A stretch of 64,000 nt of DNA from Bdellovibrionota bacterium (lineage in GTDB: Bacteria > Bdellovibrionota_C > UBA2361 > JBIKUX01): NCBI GenBank assembly GCA_044347345.1, contig JBIKUX010000005.1:47228-111227 (forward strand), read 5' to 3'. A program made the translations under genes and the position numbers. The notes beneath the pieces are model-generated. The model made no database searches. It was not told where the DNA came from and saw only the letters and a program-made list of their open reading frames with translations. Positions 20,313 through 29,082 of this stretch are shown here, piece after piece (the stretch's first letter is position 1; every line of letters begins with the position of its first letter).

Positions 20313-21608
20313 CTATTGCTGGCGAGCTCTTGCTTTAGAATCTGTCAATAATTTCCAGATTAACTCCTCATACTTATCTGTGATTGAATCCCAACTATAC
20401 CGAGCTTTGGCTCTAATTTTTGCATGATGTCTGTATGCACCAAGTAGTTCAGCATTAGATAAGAGTCTGGGAAGCAGGTCAGCCAATTCAGAAAAATCAT
20501 TTTTCTGATAGTAAGCACCTGCTCCACCCAAAACTTCGTAGTGTTCAGGCACTCCATTTGCTACTATAGCGTTTCCGTAAACCATAGCCTCAAGAAGCGC
20601 TGGATGAGTACCACCCACCTCTGAGGCTTGAATATAAAGAGCAGGGTGAGTCCGGAGTTCTCGGTAAGCTGCTCCAAACTGATATCCAGTAAATATGACT
20701 TTATCGTTTGCGGCTTCTCTTAGTAACTTTTTGTAACTAGATGCATACGGGGCGTCTCCTACTACCACCAAAGGCATCTCAAGTCCTGAGGCTACATAAG
20801 CCTGAATCACACCCAAGGCATTATTCTCTGGCTCAAGGCGACCGACATACAAAAGATAAGCTCCAGATACTAATCCAAACTTAGCTAAAATATCTCCTGA
20901 GGGCACCGCCTCTTCCAGTGCACCGTAGTCGATATGAGTGCTGTCGCAATCGTAACGCGAGCAATAATACTGCTTAATAACAAGAGCATCAGTTACCACA
21001 ACTGATGCAAACTGCACCGAACACCATTCACCTAAACGATACCAAGCGCGACCAATAGAGCTCCACTTAGTCCGCTTTCGCTCTATTCCGTCTACATTTA
21101 TCGCTGTCGGAATGCCCGCTAAACGTGGAATACAAGCAAAGGGGCTTGTAGCGGCATTGCAGAGTATGATTACATCGGTGTCGCCTCGCATTGCTACATC
21201 TACAAGTGAACTAAATGCTGCAAGTGGAGTATCTAAATATTTGTGCCTGAGTGTAAAAGTTTTTCGGCACCGTATTCCACGGTACAAAGTCTCCGGGTAC
21301 AGAGACTGTGGATAACTAGACTGTGGGTACTTAGACTGTGGGTACTTAGACTGTGGGTACCAATCTTTCCGGTACCGCGACTCATCGCTAAAATTATCAT
21401 CAATAATATCAGATAAATACCTTCTACCGTATACCGTTACCGGATACCCCCTGGCCACAAGCTGAGAGCCAAGCTCCTCGGCAAATGTCTCGAAACCACC
21501 GTAACTAGCTGGAACTCCTCTAGTACCCATTATTGCTACACGGGGTCTCCAAACGGATTTCTTTAATAATAATTCCATCAAAAATCTATATTTAACCAAC
21601 TTAATCAA
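20313..21608 (-). CDS. GT-B glycosyltransferase (DUF1972-type N-terminus)
   Basis: MGTRGVPASYGGFETFAEE, NVDGIE, VGRLEPENN, EVGGTHPALLEAM. Confidence 0.9.
   Translation of the reverse strand: MIKLVKYRFLMELLLKKSVWRPRVAIMGTRGVPASYGGFETFAEELGSQLVARGYPVTVYGRRYLSDIIDDNFSDESRYRKDWYPQSKYPQSKYPQSSYPQSLYPETLYRGIRCRKTFTLRHKYLDTPLAAFSSLVDVAMRGDTDVIILCNAATSPFACIPRLAGIPTAINVDGIERKRTKWSSIGRAWYRLGEWCSVQFASVVVTDALVIKQYYCSRYDCDSTHIDYGALEEAVPSGDILAKFGLVSGAYLLYVGRLEPENNALGVIQAYVASGLEMPLVVVGDAPYASSYKKLLREAANDKVIFTGYQFGAAYRELRTHPALYIQASEVGGTHPALLEAMVYGNAIVANGVPEHYEVLGGAGAYYQKNDFSELADLLPRLLSNAELLGAYRHHAKIRAKARYSWDSITDKYEELIWKLLTDSKARARQQ
21281..21376. repeat. 15-nt tandem array (about 6 units) inside the GT gene
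   Basis: ggtacttagactgtg x2 exact plus diverged flanking units; encodes YPQSK YPQSK YPQSS YPQSL YPETL. Confidence 0.95.
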
Positions 21609-21742
21609 TAATCTTTTGCAACTTATGCTACAACAATAGCAAGTATGTAGATTAACAAAAAAATGACCGATAGGTAGTTACTAACTGGATGGGATAAGCC
21701 ATACACATTTAATGGCGTTTGTTGTTTAATCGAGAAATTTAA

Positions 21743-24241
21743 GTGCAAAATTTTTTGGAGGATTTACTTCTTTCTACTTTATCCTGGTTTTTTACCTGGA
21801 ACGGAGGGCTCATACTTGTTTGGCTAGGAGCAATTGCCGGAATTGGTTATCAATTCTTGCGGGGCAAAGGAAATATGACCCCAGCATTAATTGGTTTTGG
21901 TTTTCTTCTAGCAGCGCTTTATCACATGTCGAAAGGTGAGTCTTTTGCTCGGTCAGTTGAAGAATATTTAAAGAGACGCGACTCTTCAGACTTTTATCGA
22001 CCAGCAGCTCCCTTAGGAGAAAAACTATTTTCGTCTTTCCTTGGTGATCCATCCGAAAGGAGTTTTGTGTCTGAAATATTTCTTGTCTTTTTTGTCTGTT
22101 ATATATTTATCGCACTTCTTGAGTCTTTTAGGGCTCGTAAAGGGCAAACAATAGGCAGTCAGTCGGCCTTAAGCTCTCTCTGGAGCCTATTTGCTCGTAA
22201 GCAACAAATTCGTCCTGCTCGTTCCTACACTAACGAGTTAGGTTCAGGAGATCTCGCTACCACAGAACAAATCCTTAAGTGGTGTAAACCTTCAGGTAAG
22301 CCTGGGGATACTGTTCTTAAAGTTACCGACCTTCGTGGCTCTGAAGGTATAGCCCTCAAGAACGGTGCGGTAGTCTGGCCCCGTGACATGCGTAATCGTC
22401 ACATTCTAATTATTGCTAAAACAGGTAGCGGTAAAACTACAAAAATGATTTTACCTGTTCTCTATAGTGACTGCATATGTAAGACGCGCTCCACTATTGT
22501 TATCGACTCTAAACCTGAAATGTGGAAGAAGCTGGCAGGGCTAACCGCAAAGTATAACCCTGAAAAGGAGATTCTACTTTTTAATCCTCTAGACCGAATT
22601 AGAAGCTTAAGTTGGAACATTCTCTCCAAGATAAGTGACGATACAGACGCTAAGCTTATCGCGAACACTATCGTAATGGCTACCGATGTACCTGGTGCTA
22701 AATCAGACAGCCCTTTTTTTCGTAATAATGCTCTTGCTATCCTAAATGCGATAATGGTCGGGCTTCTTCATGACCCCAATGATGTCTTATCAATGCCACG
22801 CATACATGAGCTTGTTCAATCAGGGATAAAACCCCTATGCTCGTGGCTTGAACAACATCCTCAAGCTTACCGAACTACTAGAACATTTACCGAGCTTGCC
22901 AAATCTGGTTCACAAAATGCCGATACCATAATGTCGGAATTAAGTATGAGACTTGCCGCCTGGGATTTAACGGCGATAAGAGCGACAACTAGTGAAAATG
23001 AGTTGGATCTTGAAAAATTAATTGAAAAGCCAACGCTTCTTATAGTTGAGTTTCGAGAGTCAGAGCTCGAGATGCTACGCCCAATGGCTAACGTAATCGT
23101 TGTAGAGATTCTCCGATTTCTCACCAAGCGTGCTGAACAGATGGAGGGAGTTACTCTGCCCCGGCCAGTAAGTTTAGTCATAGATGAGTTTGCTTCGGCA
23201 CTAGGTCGCTTACCCGATATTCACGTTAAACTAAACACCATCAGATCTAGAAACGTCAGCATTTGTGCCGCGATACAGTCTACTGCGCAAGTTAAGGCTA
23301 ATTACGGCGACGATGCAGACTCCGTACTTGCTGGTTTCAGCACAAAGATATTCATGCCAGCGCTAGACTTGGTTGACTCCGAATGGGCCTCTAAGGAATC
23401 CGGTCAGATGACAATCAGATTTAAAACAGCTTCGATTGGTTCCAATAAAAAAATTATTGAATTCTTTGCGAGCCGAAACGATAGCGTGCAGGAGCAAGTG
23501 CAACAGCGCGCTGTGCTCACGCCTGACGAAATAGGTCGCCCTGTAGATAACATTTCTACCTTCTTTTTACCAAGTACCCCAGTGTTTCAAGGGTTTTTGG
23601 TGCCGTATTATGAAGATTCTGAAATAGGATCGCGTATCAATGAGGCTGAGCATTCTGAGACTGAATACCAGCTTCGTAATGAACCAATATCTTTTAAAGA
23701 AAAACTACCCGACCCTCCGACAACTGACCAATCGTCTGGTATGTTCATGCCTCTAGGAATATCGAATACTAAGGGGTGGAGTGATGAACAACTGCGTAGC
23801 AGACTAGAAGCTATTAAGAAAGATTACTTAGAATGGCCAAAAACCTCTGGTAGCGCTAAGAAGTGGTGGGAATCTTTTGAAAGTGAAAATCAAAACAGGC
23901 TCGCTTTAGTTTTCCGTCTTGCAGAAGAACTTAAGAATCGTAAAGCTACCATTACCGAATTCTTTCTCTCATACGTTTACAGTAATACAGATAATATCCA
24001 AGCTAACCTTCATTATCTTGACTACACCCGCATTAAAAAAGAAGAAGAGCGTAAGCGTAAAGAGGCTGCACAACAAGCAGCTACCGAAAAGAATAATAGC
24101 GACAAAGATAACAAGACTAGTACATCAGAAGCTAAACCTTCAAGCAGCACTCCATCTCAAAAGGAAAATAAGGAAAATTCTGTTAATACTAATACCAATA
24201 CAAAAACTAATAAGAGCGGAAACCAAGTAGCAGCCGCTTAA
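21743..24241 (+). CDS. Type IV secretion coupling protein, VirD4/TraG family, with extra C-terminal domain
   Basis: N-terminal TMs; Walker A AKTGSGKT; Walker B SLVIDEF; RSRNVSICAAIQSTAQV..NYG motif. Confidence 0.85.
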   Translation: MQNFLEDLLLSTLSWFFTWNGGLILVWLGAIAGIGYQFLRGKGNMTPALIGFGFLLAALYHMSKGESFARSVEEYLKRRDSSDFYRPAAPLGEKLFSSFLGDPSERSFVSEIFLVFFVCYIFIALLESFRARKGQTIGSQSALSSLWSLFARKQQIRPARSYTNELGSGDLATTEQILKWCKPSGKPGDTVLKVTDLRGSEGIALKNGAVVWPRDMRNRHILIIAKTGSGKTTKMILPVLYSDCICKTRSTIVIDSKPEMWKKLAGLTAKYNPEKEILLFNPLDRIRSLSWNILSKISDDTDAKLIANTIVMATDVPGAKSDSPFFRNNALAILNAIMVGLLHDPNDVLSMPRIHELVQSGIKPLCSWLEQHPQAYRTTRTFTELAKSGSQNADTIMSELSMRLAAWDLTAIRATTSENELDLEKLIEKPTLLIVEFRESELEMLRPMANVIVVEILRFLTKRAEQMEGVTLPRPVSLVIDEFASALGRLPDIHVKLNTIRSRNVSICAAIQSTAQVKANYGDDADSVLAGFSTKIFMPALDLVDSEWASKESGQMTIRFKTASIGSNKKIIEFFASRNDSVQEQVQQRAVLTPDEIGRPVDNISTFFLPSTPVFQGFLVPYYEDSEIGSRINEAEHSETEYQLRNEPISFKEKLPDPPTTDQSSGMFMPLGISNTKGWSDEQLRSRLEAIKKDYLEWPKTSGSAKKWWESFESENQNRLALVFRLAEELKNRKATITEFFLSYVYSNTDNIQANLHYLDYTRIKKEEERKRKEAAQQAATEKNNSDKDNKTSTSEAKPSSSTPSQKENKENSVNTNTNTKTNKSGNQVAAA

Positions 24242-24305
24242 AAAGCCCTATTTGTTTATTTAATGGGTTGCTTGCTTTATTAAGTGGAGGCGCAGAGGAA
24301 GAGGA

Positions 24306-26045
24306 TTAGGAGAGCGGGCCCAATCCGGTACTTTCTCTTAAATTGGGTGCGTCGTTTAAAAGTGTTGCACGGTCTGTACCAAGTGCGCTACAAGCAGCAT
24401 CTACCAAAAATTGGAAATTGCTCTTTTTTGAAGAGTGTCCCTTTTGCATATCCAACTCATCTATCAATTTTAGTAAAAGTGGCCCAGCAACCTCTTTTAG
24501 TTCAGCTCGGCTAACACTATCATCGTTAAGACCGTACAAAAGCGTGATAAAAACTTTAAGATACATCTCCAAATTTTTATCGCTATTTCTACCTCTGCCA
24601 AAGAATACGGCAAGTATGCCAACATTCACATTCACATTAAAATTATTTATCACTACTTTTAAATTATTCGTAAACTCATTAACAACAGCCCGCTTGTCTT
24701 GGCCAGAGGTAGCATAATAGAAACGGCATACGAAAGCTTTTAAGGTTTCATTTCCATAAATTGTTTCAATATCTGGAGGCGTAATTCGATTTTCACCTGC
24801 TTCTTGAGCCTTCGTACTAAAACTGTTAATTAAACTTTGAAATTGTTCTTTTGTTGTAGTAGTCGAATTTGGCACGGGTGTGTTAACCTCATACGTAACG
24901 ACTCTTCGTGGCGCAGTGTAATTAACTAATCCTGTTCTTTCTAACATGCTTACAATTCTGTTCAGTTCTTGTGCAGTTAAATCACGATCTGGCGGCTGAT
25001 TCATCCTAGCTAGCAGTTTGGCTATCTCTTTCTTAATATCAATAATATCACCGCTGTTATTAGTAACCCTTGAAACTATTGTACTAACCTTTAAATTTAG
25101 GTCTCTCAATTCTCTCTCAACATCTGTTATCTGTGTCCCGTAAAGGGCCCTAAGTTCCTCCAATTCTAGCCCCAGACTTGAAACTGCCCTTTCAACATTT
25201 CCAAGTCTTCCTTCAACATCACTCTTTAACATTTCTAGTGACGCTTTTATGGAATCTACAATACTACGTAAACCATTATAATCTGTCTTTACTTCTCTAA
25301 TAGCTTGCTGGTTTAGCATTGCTAGTTTTCCAATATCATCTATTTGCTGCGAATGGGTCTTAATAGTGCTTTGTATTTGACCTAACTGGTCTTGAAAACC
25401 TTGTATTGCTTGCCTGTTTTCCGCAATATTGCTGGTGTTTTTGTTAACCTGTTGAGTAAGTTTTCCTACGCTGGTTCTTAAATTTTCCAAATTGTGAAAC
25501 AACTCTGTAATTTGAGTCTTATATTGATCTAGCACGGATTCAATATTAGTTACCCGACCTTCAAGAGTTTCTATCGCCTGCGTGTTTTGAGCTATCGCAG
25601 CCGTGTTTAGGCCTACCTGTTGTTCTATTTGCTAAAAAAGCGTTTGAAGCCTTTCAGTGGTTTTTAAGGCTAATTGGGCAGTCTTTTCAACATCCTGTAA
25701 TCTACCTTCAAACCCGTCAAGCCTTTTGGCTTGGTCATACTGTGTTCTAAGTATTTGTTCTATAATAGTTTGAGTTCTAGTACGTTCCTCGTTGAGCTCT
25801 GTAATTTGTTTATCGTGGTAATCTAATCTGGTTCCATGATTAGCCTGTGTGTTTTGTAAAATCGTTATTTTGCTCTCCAAACCTGCAATTGTTGCTCGCA
25901 ACTGATTAACTTGTGCTAGAGCTGCGTTTCCATCTGAATTGTTGCTTCGAGCTAAAAAAGCTTTATCAAACGACGTTTAATCTACGACTTCAACATCGCG
26001 GTGAGGGATATCATCTCCATCTGGAGCAGGCAATAGATTGGCCAC
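24306..26045 (-). pseudogene. Long coiled-coil protein gene interrupted by two in-frame stops
   Basis: Track ORFs 25632-25901 and 24306-25535 share one frame. The frame opens at GTG 26045, with TAA at 25977-25979 and TAG at 25632-25634. Heptad sequence is continuous across the TAG. Confidence 0.7.
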
Positions 26046-26179
26046 AAATTAATCTCGAAAATATAACACTAGTTAAACAAGTTAAACCGAATCTTAAGAT
26101 ACATCGTTTAAATACTAAGACAAGAAAAAAAGATGCTAGAGGCTTACAAAATTTAAGTGTTAATAATATCAGATAGTTA

Positions 26180-26884
26180 TTATAATCCGAGATAGGATTC
26201 AATAATTCTTGAATCAGCTTTAACTTGTTTAGAACAGCCGTTAAATACGAGTTTACCAAGCTCAATTACATAAGCCCTACTGGATAGATCTAAAGCTCGT
26301 TCAATATTTTGTTCTACTAATAAGATGGTTAAGCCAGCTTTAGATAAGAGTAGTAAAGTTTCAAAAATAGCATCAACAATAATAGGAGCTACTCCCATTG
26401 ATGGCTCGTCAAGTAGGAGTAATTTAGGATTACTCATAAGTGCCCGCCCAATCGCTAACATCTGTTGCTCACCGCCAGAGAGAGTTCCAGCAATCTGAGA
26501 GCTCCGCTCTAGTAACACAGGGAACAGCGAGGTGACTCTGTCATACATCTCATTACGCTTATGTTTATCATGAATAACATAAGACCCTAATTGCAAATTC
26601 TCAAACACAGTAAGTCTTGGAAAGACCTTGCGACCCTCTGGGACAAGAGCCATTCCTAGAGATACCCGCTTAGATGTTTCTAAACGAGTGATATCTATCT
26701 CTGATAAAAAACACTCACCACTCCTTATAGGAATAAGACCAATTAAGGCTCGCATTAAAGTAGTTTTTCCAGCTCCGTTGGCGCCAATAATACTAACCAA
26801 TTCTCCTTGAGAAACTTGTAGCGAAATAGACTCAAGTGCCGTCACTGTACCATAAGCTACAGATATACCCCTTACATCAAGCAT
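26180..26884 (-). CDS. livF: Branched-chain amino acid ABC transporter ATPase
   Basis: GANGAGKT, VPEGR, LSGGEQQM, LLDEPSMG. Confidence 0.93.
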   Translation of the reverse strand: MLDVRGISVAYGTVTALESISLQVSQGELVSIIGANGAGKTTLMRALIGLIPIRSGECFLSEIDITRLETSKRVSLGMALVPEGRKVFPRLTVFENLQLGSYVIHDKHKRNEMYDRVTSLFPVLLERSSQIAGTLSGGEQQMLAIGRALMSNPKLLLLDEPSMGVAPIIVDAIFETLLLLSKAGLTILLVEQNIERALDLSSRAYVIELGKLVFNGCSKQVKADSRIIESYLGL

Positions 26885-26897
26885 ACAGAAACTCTAT

Positions 26898-28016
26898 CTA
26901 CTTAATCTTACTTTCCCGCTTACCAAGGTATGCCTCTATTACCTCCGGATGAGAAGCTATTTCTTCAGGAGAACCTGACGCTATTAACCGGCCATAATTA
27001 AGCACATTAATGTAATCAGAAATCCCCATAACAACTTTCATATGATGCTCAATAAGAGCTACTGTCACACCAGTCTCATTAATAGCACGTAATACCCCCA
27101 TTAGCTGCAAGATCTCAACCGGATTCATCCCAGCCGCAGGTTCATCGAGAAGAAGAATTGAGGGAGACGTACCTAAAGCTCGAGCTATCTCTACACGTCT
27201 CCTTTGCCCGTAAGAAAGCACAGAGATATCCTTATCACTAACATCAGATAAGCCCACTACTTTTAAAAGATCATCAGCATGATGCGCAGCCCATGAAATT
27301 TCGCTCCGTAACGATGACGAAAGAAGGGTGTTACGCCACCATCTACGCAACCAAGATATTTCTCGCCAAGACCCTTCTCGCCAAGATTCTGCTCTGTCGT
27401 TTAGTGACATTCCTAACATTACATTTTCCCGTACCGAATGGCCGGCAATAAGCCTTATATTCTGAAATGTCCTTGCTACTCCTAATGTCGATAACACCTC
27501 AGGGCTAATGACGTTACGGCGCCAAATTATGTATCCACCAGCACCCCCAATTATTCCACCAACTAAGGGCGGCAGTAGCACAGAATACCAATGCGTCGAG
27601 CTAAAATAGTTTAAAAAACGGGCAAAGGCATTGACCCAAGAAAATGGTTCAAGATATCGGTACTGAGATACAATTACATGCTCCCAAAGAGGCACCAGGT
27701 GAAAAAGAAAAACAAAAAATAACCCCGATAGAGACGCAAAAAAACAGATCCGAAGTAATACTTTTAAGTCGAAAGAACGGCTCGCTAATACACCATTAAC
27801 TAATACAGAACCTTCTGACGGCGGATGTACTCCAGTAATCGCATTAAAAAGAGAGGTTTTTCCAGCCCCATTCGGGCCAATAATTGAGGTGATTTTACCG
27901 TGAGGTACGTTTAATGACACGTTATTAACGGCAGTAAGACCGCCGAAACAAACCTTTAAATTAACAACCGATAATGCAAAAGTTGGTGATGACGACATAA
28001 TCATAACCCTAAGCAC
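26898..28016 (-). CDS. livG: Branched-chain amino acid ABC ATPase with hydrophobic insertion
   Basis: GPNGAGKT, ARTFQNIRL, LSYGQRRRVEIARAL, LDEPAAG, IEHHM, EAYLG. Confidence 0.9.
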   Translation of the reverse strand: MLRVMIMSSSPTFALSVVNLKVCFGGLTAVNNVSLNVPHGKITSIIGPNGAGKTSLFNAITGVHPPSEGSVLVNGVLASRSFDLKVLLRICFFASLSGLFFVFLFHLVPLWEHVIVSQYRYLEPFSWVNAFARFLNYFSSTHWYSVLLPPLVGGIIGGAGGYIIWRRNVISPEVLSTLGVARTFQNIRLIAGHSVRENVMLGMSLNDRAESWREGSWREISWLRRWWRNTLLSSSLRSEISWAAHHADDLLKVVGLSDVSDKDISVLSYGQRRRVEIARALGTSPSILLLDEPAAGMNPVEILQLMGVLRAINETGVTVALIEHHMKVVMGISDYINVLNYGRLIASGSPEEIASHPEVIEAYLGKRESKIK

Positions 28017-29082
28017 CCATACCCATTTTTCGCTCAGGTGGAAGCAATCCCTCAGGCCGCCACCTGATCATTAAAATAAGAGCTAGTCCAAACACAAAAT
28101 ATTTCCAATTGTTTGGCGATGCATACACAGAGCCTCCCGCTACTACCCCTTGCACAGATAGTAACCGCGTTAACCATCCAAGGAATAATGAGGTAAATCC
28201 CACGACTAATGCAGTCCCTAAAACGCTGCCCACAAGACTGCCCAGACCTCCAGTTATCACTATACACAAGGCGATAATAGATACTTGAAAATCAAAGTTA
28301 CTCGGCTCACCACTAGTACCGAGCGAAGCCGCCCACAATGCCCCAGATAATGACGCTAGTGCCGCCCCAAGAAATAGAGCTCGCATTTTATTTTTTGTCA
28401 CCGATATCTTCATACAACCGGCAACAATTTCATCAAGTGCCACTGATCTCCAAGACATTCCTTGAGGCGAGCGCTCGATATTAGCGATTGCCCAAGTGAT
28501 AAAAAATACCATAACGCAAAGTGTGTAATACCATAGTACGGGGCTGCCGGTTACAAGCGATATCCCGAACAATTCGGGAGAAGGTAAGGGAGAAATACCT
28601 TGCGTGCCTTTGGTAATAACTTCAAGGTTCTTCAAAATATCCTGAACTATTTCACCAAATCCTAAGGTAACAATAGCTAAATAATCTCCTCTTAATCTGA
28701 GGGTAGGAATCCCCAAAAAACAGCCAAACGCGCCTCCAAAAAGCCATGCTATAATCAGAGCTAACCACCCATTCAACTGAAAGGGATAAATTTGAGCGGT
28801 AAGAATAGCATAACTATAGGAACCTATAGCCATAAATGCGGCGATACCTAAATGAAGCAATCCGGTAATACCAGTTATTATGTGCAAAGAAAGACCAAGA
28901 AGAGTAAAAATGAGAATGTTCTGAACCGGTCGAATAAAATTACCATTCGCCGCAAATATAATATCTATTAGTGGTAAAAAAGAGAGAAACAAAGCATAGA
29001 GCAAGCCAGCTTTACGATGCGAAAACCTCGGAATCCCTGAATCGTCCAAACGCTCTGAAAATATTGCCATCAAGTACGCCAC
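28009..29082 (-). CDS. livM: Branched-chain amino acid ABC permease
   Basis: LRLRGDYLAIVTLGFGEI, GGLGS, WRPEGL. Confidence 0.92.
   Translation of the reverse strand: MAYLMAIFSERLDDSGIPRFSHRKAGLLYALFLSFLPLIDIIFAANGNFIRPVQNILIFTLLGLSLHIITGITGLLHLGIAAFMAIGSYSYAILTAQIYPFQLNGWLALIIAWLFGGAFGCFLGIPTLRLRGDYLAIVTLGFGEIVQDILKNLEVITKGTQGISPLPSPELFGISLVTGSPVLWYYTLCVMVFFITWAIANIERSPQGMSWRSVALDEIVAGCMKISVTKNKMRALFLGAALASLSGALWAASLGTSGEPSNFDFQVSIIALCIVITGGLGSLVGSVLGTALVVGFTSLFLGWLTRLLSVQGVVAGGSVYASPNNWKYFVFGLALILMIRWRPEGLLPPERKMGMGA

Noticed and set aside
21281-21376. Repeat arrays (here, 35135 and 41356) as CRISPR
   Set aside because: Units are 15-16 nt, head-to-tail with no spacers, two arrays lie within coding frames, and there are no cas genes.
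25632-25979. Genome-wide stop-codon reassignment
   Set aside because: The in-frame stops are of different types (TAA and TAG here, TGA at 7645/7675), and intact genes in the window end with all three stop codons.
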